A stretch of 64,000 nucleotides of DNA from Marsupella aquatica (lineage: Eukaryota; Plantae; Marchantiophyta), in assembly GCA_973895155.1 (NCBI GenBank), contig OZ316893.1, positions 24,665,520 to 24,729,519 of the forward strand. The letters run 5' to 3'. Positions within the stretch are counted from its first letter, which is position 1, and the number at the start of each line of letters is the position of its first letter. Shown here piece after piece: positions 26,401 to 38,343 of the stretch. A program made the translations under genes and the position numbers. Below the pieces are notes generated by a model. That model saw only the letters and a list, made by a program, of their open reading frames with translations. It made no database searches and was not told where the DNA came from.

Positions 26401-28048
26401 TATGTTGAGGTCGGGGGTCATGTGCAGCATTTGGTGGAGGAGCTCCTTCATTGGGTGGTCCACGTCCTTCACCATCAACGTCCACACCAAACCAATCTGT
26501 CATGAAGTCATCCATGGCTGTCTCCTGGTCCTGCATGACCTCAAAATCTGTCCTAGGTGCCCCTTCATCCAAACCCTCATTGTCACTGTCATTGGATGAA
26601 GAATCTGTTGATGATGTGACTCCGTCTTGTGGCATGCCCATTTCTTCATATGTAGCTCTCAACCTCCTTGGCAACATATCTTGACTAGGTCGCACATTCT
26701 ATGAACAATACAATAAAGCATTCACAATCAAACTCCAAATTAAATCCCTCATAAGATAAAAACAATATCGACACATATTATTAACATACAATGTGAAAGA
26801 ACATCATAGGTTTAGGGTGTAAACCCTAACTTACAAAATATATGTTCACAAAGCATGAAGGAACATATAAATAATACATGTCCCTAAAATAAGCCTAATC
26901 CCACTCATAATGTGTAAACAACTCCTCTCCGACCTTGATGGTCCTAGTAGCTACAACTAGACAATGGTCATGATGATATCTTTGCCCAGATGGTGCTGGA
27001 GGGGGACCATCAACAAAAACCCATTCACAGTTTTTCCTACGCTTAGGCCGGGTCCCCACATTACTGTTAATGAAACCGGCTATATTTCCACTACGGATGG
27101 GATCACCATCAATTATACGTTGTTCACTATACTTCCTAGTGCAACCATCAAAAGTATCCATGTCCAATGCATAAGTCTTCCACTCAGGGTGTTGTACAAG
27201 GAGCATGTTCCAATGTCTCCGCTTGTAAATGGGTCCACCATATGGGAACAACGTTGGTCCATCTTGAGAGCGCCCTTTTCCACCCATATAATCCACAATG
27301 ATGTCCTGGCAAGAAAAAATTCCATACCCATGTCTCTCCCCTAGTGTAGAACTTTTGACAATCCAATGTCTTCCCCAAACCTCTATTTCCTCACCATAGG
27401 TTATATCACATGGCAAACCAAGGCAATCAGGATTCCAATCCTTTATGATAGGAACACATTTCCCTGTGAATGTACAAGGTCCCCACCTACCATCAACCCT
27501 ACAGGTGTACTGATCAACTTCCCCTCTAGGTTGCCTTTTAGACCATTTTTTTCCCTCGTGTAACAATACCATCACCCTGAACTGTCCCAACACCACTTCG
27601 CTCTGCTGCAACTAAACGGAAAGCTTGTGAAAGGGCCGAGCCTATAGCATCTAGAACTCCTTGTGAGGGAACATAGGGTGCTGGTGCCGTGGGTGTAGGC
27701 CTATTAGATACCTATAGGGAACAAATCCAACAAAGTGATTGTAAACTTCCCCAACTTATCATGCTAGCAATATTTATTGAATAAAAAATAAACCATAGTA
27801 AGTTTACAAATCACCGTATGGGATGAAGAGGCTCCGGGTGTAAGACCTCGATGTTGTCCATATCGAGAAATATGGTCTGCACATACATATGACTTCTGGA
27901 CAACCATCCCCACACATTTTTTACAACTGCAAAGTTGGCGTGGTGGACCACTAGGTCGACGAGCGGCTGTTTCAGGCTGAGGAGGAGGATCTATGTCCTC
28001 ATCAGAGGAGGAGTCTGATGTGGTGGAAGTTGTAGAGGATGAAGACAT
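23430..28048 (-). pseudogene. CACTA TnpD/Tnp2 transposase (multi-exon, with stops)
   Basis: N-terminal CSCKKC exon; IHACVNDC...ECPICHEPRY; RHVRLGLASDGVSP, VWPVVVMNYNLPPWL, WTMHDYPG; LDPMHIEGNV; HLLVHLVREVAIAGP..RWMYWLERYM; VEGSM...YGKIEEI...FKCKWF. Confidence 0.92.
26895..27602 (-). CDS. SET-domain lysine methyltransferase-like exon inside the CACTA transposase gene
   Basis: VKSSTLGERHGYGIFSCQDI (motif I), IAGFINS...KNCEWV (motif III-like), LVVATRTIKVGEELFTHYEWD (motif IV). Open frame starting at an acceptor-like tag/cag. Confidence 0.8.
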   Translation of the reverse strand, partial: SEVVLGQFRVMVLLHEGKKWSKRQPRGEVDQYTCRVDGRWGPCTFTGKCVPIIKDWNPDCLGLPCDITYGEEIEVWGRHWIVKSSTLGERHGYGIFSCQDIIVDYMGGKGRSQDGPTLFPYGGPIYKRRHWNMLLVQHPEWKTYALDMDTFDGCTRKYSEQRIIDGDPIRSGNIAGFINSNVGTRPKRRKNCEWVFVDGPPPAPSGQRYHHDHCLVVATRTIKVGEELFTHYEWD

Positions 28049-28785
28049 CTGGCAAGTGGAAGATTTGGAATAGCAAGTTAGTAAACAAATAGCTAAAACG
28101 ATCATTTGTAATCCCTACGTAGACATATTAAACTGAAATGAAAGGAAAAAATACCTTTATGAGACCCGGGCTCAGCAATGCCTATAGGTCTTTTGGTCCA
28201 AACTTGATGAACCCAATCTGGAAGTAGGAGGGAGAAATCTGCAAATATACAATGAATTAAGCAATGACTTATGGTAAACTATAGAAAGGGATGATAGACC
28301 CTCAAGTTACAGTAAAAATAAAAAATGCCAGGAAAACAAGCTTTACCTTTCAGATGCCCGAGCTCTCGGAATGCATATGCATTAGCCAAAACTTTCAAAA
28401 CAATGGGGAAGTGCCCTGCAACTCCTAGAGTGTTCCACCCCTTCATGTTAATGAAATAAAGAAAGCATACCCTCAATTAGAATAAAACCTACCCTAAACA
28501 TGAACATATAAAACCATTACCCAAACCCCTCAGCTAAAACCTTACTCAAACCCCTACCTTAAACCCTAACTCAAACTCCATCCTAAGTTACCTATCCATA
28601 TTCCCTGATTACCTATCAAACCCTTACCCAAAAATTCTAACCCAAACCCCTCAATTAAAAATGAAACACAACTTAGAATTAAAATGGAACCCAACCCCTA
28701 TATTTAAAACCTAACCCAAACCCCTAAACTTAAACCAAAATCAAGCCCCTACCCTAAACCCTAACCCAAACCCCTAAACTTAAAC

Positions 28786-31700
28786 TGTCATGCCGAGGGA
28801 CAGTGCCTCTTATGCACATCGGCATGTCCCTTGCCTGCCCGCTAGGTATGTAGTTAGGGCTAGTGTACTACCTGAGTTAGCGACATGTTCTTGTAGCAAG
28901 TCTGGGCCGTTCTTGAAGCAAATGTGCTTGTTAGTGTGACGCCAGGACTTTGCTTGCTTAGGGCATGTCTTTCTTTGTGGGTTTTCAGTTCTTCTTGAAT
29001 TGCTGTCGACAGAGCTCAGACAGTGCTCGTCGGTTCCGTACACGGGATTCACACAGTGATTCGTTAGATGCTCCCGGCTGATCTTGGCATCCCGCCAGTT
29101 TTCGATTCGATTTCAGTACACTTGTTTCTATCACGCCTTTTATTCAAGAAGAACTGCTGAGTTGCCAGCGAGGGGAAGAAGGTAGGAGACATTCTTGTCT
29201 CAGCTGCTTATGTCGGTCCAGACAATTCCCGTCGAAGTCGGTGCAATTTCTTTGAGCAACAATGGAGGGACGGGTTGAAATTGTGAGTTTAATGTCGCGT
29301 TATGTGTAAGTATACACATAAAGCTTCTATTGGAACCCAACTTTTCCTTCCCAGGTGTGTCCGCGATCCCTTCCGTTGAATGTTGCCTCCGTCGATTGCC
29401 GGCCGCAGCATGACCTACTTCCGACTGCCATTCGATTGCCGCGAAGTGGAGGCGACTTGCTGCTGATCAACATATGTGAGGCCATTTTTGGTGTTTCCCG
29501 GCCAATTTCTCTCCTTTTTCCATTTTGTTCAGGCAGCTCCCGTCGCGAGCTGTTTCTCGGCCGAGACCCCTTTTCTTTACTTGGCAGCTGCCGTCGTGAG
29601 CTGCCTCCTAGTCCTGCCGTTGCCCTACCTGCAGCCTGAGTATACACATGCGGGGCTCATCAATGCCCAAAGCCGCGCATAGGGCCGCGCGCCTTCCCTT
29701 CGCTCCTCCTTACTCACATAGGGGGGGTCCCGTTTTTCTTTCGCCTCCCCCTCGCCTCGTTTTAGCCTCGACCTTCCGTTGCCAGCATTAAGAGAGGGGG
29801 GGAGTACAGACTCCCTTCTCTTGGGAGTAGATTTTCGCACAAGGAGGGAGAGGGCACGAGGCCCTATGAAGCATTAAAAGCAGGGGGGAGGGGAAGTTGA
29901 GCACAACCTATCAAGCCAGGGGGAAGCGAGTGCCAATAGAGGGCTCGAGGCCCTAGGCAACATTAAAGCAAGGGGGAGGGGGAGTCGAAGCAGCAGCGCA
30001 AGGAGTGGGCACGAGGCCCTAAGCAACATTAAGGAGGGGTGGGGGAGTTAGTCGCTCCCTTCTCTTCGGGAGCACATCAGGAGCCAGGAGGGGGCGCAAA
30101 GCCCTATGCAGGGCCCGAGCCATTGATTGAATCACAGTGGTTTGTGCATAGGCTGTCTTAATTGGGGCCCCATTTCTTTTCTTTCGCTACGCCCTCGCCT
30201 CGCTTCCTCGCTTGGCCGCGCCTTTTCCTCCTTAATTAAGTGCTTCGCAGCCTGTACGTACATAGGGTCTCGTCACTTTTCCAGTGTGCTTGATACTTCC
30301 CGGGTCCACATCGGGGCGCGATGTATACACTTAACCGAGCCCCATGTTTGTACATTTGCAAGGGCCCCATGTATATACTTAAGGGGGGGCCCAGGTTTAC
30401 GTTTTTAAGGGCCCATTTTTTTCGGATTTCTTTGCTGCCGCAACATGTCATCTGCATAAAGCTGAGGGCCCGGCATATTCATCAGACAGTCAATCCAGCA
30501 AGCATAACACCAGTACAATTGGAGTTTTTAAGGGTCTTTTCTTTGCTGACGGTTTTTCTGTGTGTTTACACATTCGACACATTTCTGCCTTGCACCGTTT
30601 ATTTCCTAGCCTTGGGGCTGCCATTTCTTTTTCTTGTCAGTTTCTTTCCCATTGGCACCCAGGTGAGCATGCAACATGTCAGCCCACGAGCCAGGAGGTA
30701 GCAACACATCGCCACCGACACCCAGGTACCATTTACGGAGTGATCCACGACCATTGGTGCCAATTTCATTGGAGTCTCGGCAATTTCGACGATGTCCACA
30801 GATTGCAGCAGCACCCACACCACGCAATCCTTCTGCTCAATTTGGCGGTCGCTTCACTACTAACCCAAAGCCTGCTATCACTTCCTTGCCATTTACCCCT
30901 TCTGCATCAGTGGTTGTTCTAGCTTCACCGACATACAGCATGGATGCTAGCCACTCATCTGGCCGCATTGAGCGCTTCAGCGGGCGGCCAGGCACTATTT
31001 CTTTATGTGAGTTCAAATCCACTTTCTACACTATCGTTTATGAATTGGAGTTGAAGTACGGCAGCAATTTCACAAATGCTTTTGCATTTAAGCAGCTAGC
31101 CAGGTATGTGCACCATGAGGCTTTGGATGTGTATGAGCAGCACTCTCAACGGCTGCTTGCTGTCACACAATTGCCTAACCCTACCTATGCCAGTGCAATT
31201 GCGGCTGCCTCACAATTGGCATTACAAAATGCCATTGCAGCCCATGCTGTTGCTCCTGCCACTTCCCCTCCTACTCCAGTTCCTACCACTGTGCTAGTTA
31301 CTCCCACTATCTTGGCACAGGCTACATCAGGCATTTCTCCCACCATTGATTCCCCTGCCTTTGCTGATCCAGTGGCTGAGTTTTTCTAGGTTCTTGAATT
31401 GGGATTCCCCATCAAGAGTGCTGACAAAATCATGCAGTTGGCCACCTTTGTGAGGCAGCGCGATGAAACATTGAAGATGATTTACCGGCTTCTCAAGCTG
31501 AAGGAGGACACCCAGAGCATCACTGACCTGGAAGCTGCTCATCGCTATCTTCGCGCATTGGAGGGCACACCAGCTCTCCATTCACAAGTGTTGCAGCAAG
31601 TATTCTCAGAGTTTGGAGATAGCTACACCCTGCTCAATGTCTATGACACTGCTGAGAAACTTGAGTTGGCCCATGCACATTATGAGGCCAGTATTGCACG

Positions 31701-32979
31701 TCCACCGCGATCCAGGTACCAGGCTGCTGCCCCTACATTGGCCACCCCTTCCCGTGTGCCACAGTATGGTTCCAAGACCAAGCCAGCCCATGCTGCTTTC
31801 ATGCTGCCATCTTGAAACTACTGTGGTAACCCCAATCACAAGGCTAATGACTGTGATATTGTTGCTGAGGACCTGTCTTGTGATTTTTGTGGAAAAGTGG
31901 GTCACTTGGAGGCAGTTTGTTTTGCCAAATTCCCAGAGAGGAAGCAGCTACAACAGCAGGCCCCTGCTCCTGCTTCCACTCCCCCACCAGCTAGGAGGGC
32001 TCCTACTACATCAACTGCTCCTCCTTCCAGTGGCAAAGCATCCAGTGCCAACAAACCGCCCAAGCAGCAACAGAAGCAACCAGCTCAGAAGGAGGCTCAC
32101 AACGCACAGGCAACTCAACTCCAGTCTCTGACTCATGAGGTTGAGTCCCTACGTGCCCAACTTGCCAACATCAAAGGCAAGTCAACTGCCTCTGCTGGTC
32201 CTTCTCAACCGGCTGGTCACGTGCAACCCATCCCTGGCCCAGGCACCACTGACAGTTCAGCACCTCTACCCCGCTCTTTCTATGGCTTGCCATTTGATGC
32301 TCATATGGATGAGTGTGTGCTATCCTCTGCTCCACAGCCTGGCCTTACAGCAGAATTTTCAGATTCATTCTACCCTTCCTATTTTGCTTACCAGCAGGCC
32401 AGTGTTGCTTCCCGTACTGCTCCCACCCGCCGCATTGTATAGGCTGATGGTCTTGCTGCTGGTCCTCTGACTAGAGCCAGGGGAGCTCGGGCTGTCATGC
32501 CCCAATCCTTTCAGCCACTCACACTTGCTGAAGAGCGCACCTTGTTGGCGAGGGGGGAGGGAGCTGTAGCTATATCCATTCCACCACCAGGTGCTGCTAA
32601 CATTTCACAGGGAGTTGTTTCTCCTGAGCTGCTTGAGCATTTCACCTCCGGTATGGCACAAAGGATTCTTACAACTCCACTTTTCAGTTGCCATGATTTA
32701 CAACTGGATGCTAGAGCTGTCATCAGAGCGCTAGAGGGCTCACTGCATTCTTCATCAGCCCCTGTGACACCGGTTTTGGAGGTCCAATCTCATGTACATA
32801 CTGGATCTTCTTCTTCTCCATTACATGCTTCCACTAGTTTGGCTATCCCAGTACCAATTTCCAGTGGTAGAGATGATGGTATTGCTGCAGATTGTGTGAC
32901 CAGAGCTACACTGGATTCTGGTCATGCTGCTCCATCTTTCCTGACTATGCTGTTGAGTGGAAAGACCGTGGACACTAAT
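28786..32979 (+). mobile_element. Gypsy-like LTR retrotransposon with a DNMT in pol: left part (putative LTR plus gag)
   Basis: An abrupt compositional switch at tgtcatgccg (28786) suggests an LTR start; LTR end and PBS not resolved. The gag frame joins 61298 in frame once element B is removed. Confidence 0.7.
30676..32979 (+). pseudogene. Gag with two CCHC zinc knuckles, single frame with in-frame stops
   Basis: ORFs 30676, 31399, 31897 and 32497 are all in one frame. (C>*)NYCGNPNHKANDC and CDFCGKVGHLEAVC knuckles; FVRQRDETLK gag-like motif. Confidence 0.8.
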
Positions 32980-33003
32980 CAGCCTATTCATTAAAAGTGT
33001 ATT

Positions 33004-33340
33004 ATTATTTGATTTATGTACATTTGGGCAATGAAAAGTGTACTTTTGGGCTTGGAAAAGTGTACATTTGGCCAATGAAAAGTGTACATTTGGGGATAAA
33101 AAAGTGTACAATTGGTCTAAAGAGTGTATATTTGGGCAATGAAAAGTGTACATTTGAGCATCAAAATATGTACATTTGGCTTAAAAAGTGTACATTTTAG
33201 TACATTTGGCCTAGAAAGTGTACATTTGAGTGAAAAAAGGATACATTTGGCTTAAAAAGTGTACATTTCAGTGCATTTAGTCTAGAAAGTGTAGCTTTGA
33301 GTGCAACAAAGAGTACATTTGGCCTAAAAAGTGTACATTT
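33004..33340. repeat. Subterminal array of aagtgtacatttg(g) motifs (left end of B)
   Basis: About 14 degenerate ~21-bp units; the same motif recurs at 61165-61250 near the right TIR. Confidence 0.85.
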
Positions 33341-33564
33341 TCCTGAAATTTTTTATTGTACTAATCATTTAAAATAAAGAAATTAATAAAAAATATTTTT
33401 AATTATGCAGAAAAAATAAACATTCATATTCATAATAATCAAAAGTTTAGAAAATGAGTAGATAGTCTACTAAGTAACTAAACACTCAATGGCATGGTCT
33501 CACAATATATATAACTCTTACATAAAAACTAGTAACTATCTAATTATACCTTAGCTAGTGACAA

Positions 33565-34184
33565 CTAAGTGTACTTGTCCATCCTTTGGAGATAACTTTG
33601 GACAGTTTGTAGAACATTTCGAGGAATCTTCAAACCTCTGCCAACCATGTTTTCTTCCTTCATTCCAGATTTAAAACCATACATTGCAGAATTTGCATAC
33701 TGCCATTAATGTTGAGTGTTCTCACCAAATCCTGGATCTCGTTCCCATGTCTTGGTGGACATGAAACAATTGAGATACCTAGCACTCTCACTCACATCAA
33801 GTTTAGAGTGTTTAGGCCTCCACCATTCCACGGGGAACATTGGAGCATATTGTTGAGTCAAAGGAGGGTCTCTTGAAGATGCAATTGGGACTTCATGCTT
33901 AGGGTCCACCTGACCCAAAGCTCTCACCAACCAGAAATGACCTCCACCATTTTTCTTCTCCCAATCATCCTCGGGTCGAAGAAACACAAAGTTTCCTTCA
34001 CAAATATCCTGGAGGGGAATCCACCGTCCTTGTTCTCTCTCAGCTCGAGATCCAACAAATGGTGCTGCTTGATCTTCAATCTCTTCCAAGACTTCATTTT
34101 GAAGAGCTGTCATCTCTGCATTCTCCTCATCTTCACTTAGAGGACCACTCTGTTCGCATGCCGATTGGTTGACCTTGTAACCAG
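33565..34184 (-). pseudogene. C-terminal part of the element B transposase, displaced by the CACTA insertion
   Basis: Joining across the CAG TSD gives ...FWPKTNHGT-GYKVNQSACEQSGPLSEDEENAE-MTALQNEV..., in frame with ORF 33706-34113. Confidence 0.85.
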
Positions 34185-37100
34185 CACTAGTAGAAACCGG
34201 GGGTATTTAGACCCCATTAAACGACTATTCAGTACCGTATAGGACTTGGAAACGACTGGGAAGGACTCCAGTCCTTTTTAGGACTGCGAGTCGTATGTTT
34301 TGTTACTATAATTAACTGAGTCCTTTATAGAACTGGTTTGTAAGTCGTTTAATAGACTGGATTTTCAGTCTATTGTAGTCTTTGTGTGGGTAGCTTTGGT
34401 GAGTCGTTTTCAGTCTTTTATACACTAGTAGAAAACATTGTCTTTAAATCCAAAATGTTTTCACATGATTGATATTCAAAATGAAATCCACAATGCGTCC
34501 ACAACAAGACCCACAACAAGATTAAAAATGTAAGCATGTTACATCACAATGATTGGAAACCACTAAACAATAACAAAAACATCATATATATGACATTCAC
34601 AATAAAGAACTCAAAGAACTCCTAGATCTTATATTGAAAGGATCCAGACATTTTTATTGTTAACAATTGTACATTTTAGAAACTGTCAATAGATCTACTA
34701 TGTGGGCAATCATGACCGTCTAATCCTATCCCCCAAACTAGCTTATGCTCCTTGAACTTTGTCAAACTTGCTCAAGGAGTGATTTCATTGCTCACCAGAA
34801 ATTGATCATGGCAAGACATGTACAATTGATGCAACAACAGTCCTGTAATCACACACAAGAGTTGTGAGACATCATGTAATCTCTATTATGTGAAATAATT
34901 GTTAGGCAGTCTGGTTCCAATTGGTTAGACAAAATGAAAATTCACCTGGGCAGAGGCTCTGTTGGGACATTGTTCACCTGGGCAGAGGAATATGATGAGC
35001 TCAATCTAACAGTTAAAGGTACAGTTGGAGCATACCAGTTGCACTATCATCTCAAGGATTACTTACTCCTGCATGAAGAATTACTTTAATCTTTCAGAAA
35101 TTAATCCCAACTTTGCCATGCCAACTTGAGAATCAAAACTACTGCACCACACAAAAACTTCACTACATTTGTACTTTAATCTGTACAAGTGATATGCAGT
35201 AAGTAGCTTATTGCAAGAAACACACAAAGGTAGAATAGAAAAAAATAATCACCTTAGCATGTGAAGTCCTCAAAACCCATAGGATGGCCATAGCACTACT
35301 GTACACAACAGAGAACAAACTACAGTTATTTTAGAAGAGATTAGGCACAAATGCTCTTGTTTCACCCTCCAAGAAATAACCTTTTCAAACCAAATTGTCC
35401 TGCACCACACAAAAACTTCACTATATTTATACTTTAAGTTTTACAAGTGATATGCAGTAAGTAGCTTATTGCAAGACACACACAAAGGTAATAGAAAAAA
35501 AAATGATCACCTTATAATGTGAAGTCCTCAAAACCCATAGGATGGCCATAGCATTACTGTACACAACAGAGAACAAACTAGAGTTATGTTAAAAGAGATT
35601 AACATGCTATGCTTGTGATCACAGCGCCTCTCAGATCCCCCCTCCTTATGCTGCATCAACTTTGTGGCCCAGAGGTGGCCTAGAAGTATCAATAGGTTGT
35701 CCTATTCATGCTCTCTCGTTTTCTATTATGCAATCACCAAGGCCACAAGAGATGAGAAACTTCTTGGACCAAACTTTGATTCATTAAAAACGAGAACTCC
35801 CCAAATTAGAATTAAGGATGCTTCTAAGCTTTGAGGCGCCCAGATCCCTCCCCAACCTTATGCTGCATCCACTTCGTGCCCGCCCAGAAGTGTACATTGC
35901 CGAGAACACTTGAAACGCTGCATTGGAGATATACACATGTTCAGATTTCTCAGGCAGCAGTCTACAAAACAAAGAGGGACAGAGGGAAAACGTGATAGCA
36001 AAAAAAACAAGGGAGAGAGAAAAAGATTGCCACCTGCCAAATACCAGGTCATTTTCTACTTCAGAAAATTCCATGCAAAAATCTCTCTACAGATCTCTTA
36101 GATGTGGTACAATCCTTACACAACTCTTGAAATGAGTGCAGGACCTGAGTGTCAATGGAAGCGTAGCAAGCCAGAGGCAATTCTGCAATTCTTTAAATCC
36201 AAAATGTTTTTTGCAGAAATTCGTTTTCAAAACCTCTCTAGGCTGACATACCTGTAAAGCAACATAATTTTGAGTTAATGACATTGTCAATCCGCTACAA
36301 AAGAGAGAGTACTATGATGCATTAGGATGATCTCTTCAATCTGCTTCTAAAGACTCCAAGATCGCAAATTTTACTTAAGATTTGAAATAGTTACACTAAA
36401 TTGAATTTCTTAGATTTTTGCAGAACTTTTCTTGACAGCTATTTTCGATTTGACATTGTTGAGTCAAATCCTCGTGAAATTCTGTGTGGAATACATCGTT
36501 GGAAAGATCTTCAAGAGACTATTCTAATGAGCCCATGATTATCAACATTCATCAAGAATTGAGTGAGTAATTTGAAAAGTAGATTTTGCAGTTCATTGTA
36601 CGTATGGACAGTGAAGCTTGAAAACATCCACGTACTGTACTGAGGAGAAACTTCAAGAGTTAAATGGTTGTGGCATGGTGCATCAGAAAGATATGTTAAA
36701 TCCGCTTCTAACCACTCCAAGATCGTAGATTATACTTAAGATTTGAAAAAGTTACACTAAATTGAATTTCTCAGATTTTCGCAGAACTTTTTTTGACAGC
36801 AATTTTCAATTTGACATTCCCGAGTCAAATCCTAATGAAATTCTGTGTGGAATACATCATTGGAAAGATCTTCAAGAGACGATTCTAACTAGCCAATGAT
36901 TGTCAACATTCATCAAGAATCGAGTGAGTAATTTAAAAAATGGATTTTGCAGTTCATTGTGTGGACATTGGAACTTGAAAAAATCCACGTACCGTATTGA
37001 GAAGAAACTTGAACACTAGAACGACTTTGGCACCAGCAGGTTGATCCACGTTGGGCGCATGAGCAAGAGTATCAACATAGCTAGATCGATTTCCAACAAA

Positions 37101-38123
37101 ACAGTCTACCAACACCAAGATTTGTGGTTCAAACAAATAGAAAAAGTCTATCCAAAGCTTTTGTATTCTCCCACAAACATATGGAACAATGCAGAAAATA
37201 GGGAACACTGATTCTGTGTCGTAGTGCAATTCAGCGAGACCTTGCTCTGACTACAAAGGTGCGCATTGTTCGAATGAGCTGCTGCCTTATCCTTGAGTCC
37301 CCGATCCACTTCCTTCTCAAATATTCCACCACTGCCACTAGATACCATGAAAGCTAAGCGTAAGAAATATTAGGCAGTTTTGCTAGCGCAAGTGCTGAGC
37401 TCATGAGCAGGGCAGATTTCAGGGAGATTGAAACAAGCTCTTGCATTTTCAAATTGGGTAGCGGTGTCGTGATTTTCTCTTAAGTTATAAAAAATTGTTT
37501 GTTTTAATATGTTATAGATTATATAAGTAATTTAGTAGTTAGATTATTAAATTTAAACTTTATTAGACTTCTTTAGCTATATTAACGGACTATAGAAGTT
37601 CCACCAATGCATATGAGTAGTTCCACCAACTACAATAATATTCACCAACGCATAGTGATTCTACCAACGCACAGTAGGTCCACCAGCGCATAGTAGTTCT
37701 ACCAACGCACAGTAGGTCCACCAATGCATAGTAGGTCCACCAACGCATAATAGTTCCACCAACGCATGGTAGTTCCACCTACTAAAAGTAGTTTCACCAA
37801 CTATGAATAGTACTAGCAAACTCTTAGGTATTAGATGTTTGACACTTGGCCTTCATCCAAGTGCTTGGGCTTGATCCATGCCCTCTTGGTGTGCACTATA
37901 AATAAAGTAGTGAGGGGCACTCTCCCCTCATTCTGCAGTGTTTATCATTCAAGGTTGGGAAACTCTTTTGTGCCTTGAACATAGTAGTGGGGCGTCCTTT
38001 GGCCCGGATAGCAAAGGAATGAGTGGTAGACTTATAGATGGGACCTTAGGGAATAAGGTTTCTTTGGAAATATAGGGGTGGGGCGTCCTTTGGCCCGGAT
38101 AGCAAAGGAATAGGAGAGCCATC

Positions 38124-38339
38124 ATGAATCCAGGAGAGAGAGTTATCCCTGATCTTCCCCTTCGTAATTCGTTTTCGATTAGAGTCCATCTTTTAGACAA
38201 ACCATCTATGAGGCAACATCTAACCTATCATTTTGGAGCTCAATTTGCAACTGCTGTTATGGTTTCTAACGAGCCAATAATATACCCAGTGGTGTCATAC
38301 CGAGAGGAGTGGGAGTGCATCATCTTTGTCCTTTATTGA
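38124..38339 (+). CDS. LTR-encoded small protein 1 (71 aa), function unknown
   Basis: ATG-initiated, downstream of the TATA box. About 38/63 ungapped identities by eye to the ORF at 59588-59794 in a divergent solo LTR. Confidence 0.65.
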   Translation: MNPGERVIPDLPLRNSFSIRVHLLDKPSMRQHLTYHFGAQFATAVMVSNEPIIYPVVSYREEWECIIFVLY

Positions 38340-38343
38340 AGTC

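Larger units (their letters stand above)
22676..28785 (-). mobile_element. CACTA/EnSpm element, one end present, interrupted at ~28786 by a Gypsy
   Basis: Terminus CACTACTACATATTGG at 22676 cuts the satellite. Subterminal gcga/tcgc repeats. Contains a Tnp2/TnpD gene. The other end is outside the window or lost. Confidence 0.85.

Noticed and set aside
28490-28785. ccctaaa/aaaccct-rich tract as an interstitial telomere
   Set aside because: Degenerate and not in tandem register; more likely low-complexity or telo-box-like sequence inside the CACTA.
30650-30668. tggcacccagg as the PBS of the DNMT-Gypsy
   Set aside because: Cannot be matched confidently to a tRNA, and the LTR end cannot be fixed without the 3' LTR.
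34424-34437. Second CACTAGTAGAAA as a separate element end
   Set aside because: No partner TIR or TSD; treated as an internal copy of the terminus.
37590-37800. LTR U3 repeats as CRISPR-like units or coding ORFs (TMRWWTY...), also at 10541-10732, 44892-45080 and 60217-60550
   Set aside because: Simple tandem repeats without unique spacers; the peptides are not conserved between the two LTR families, unlike the two real LTR ORFs.
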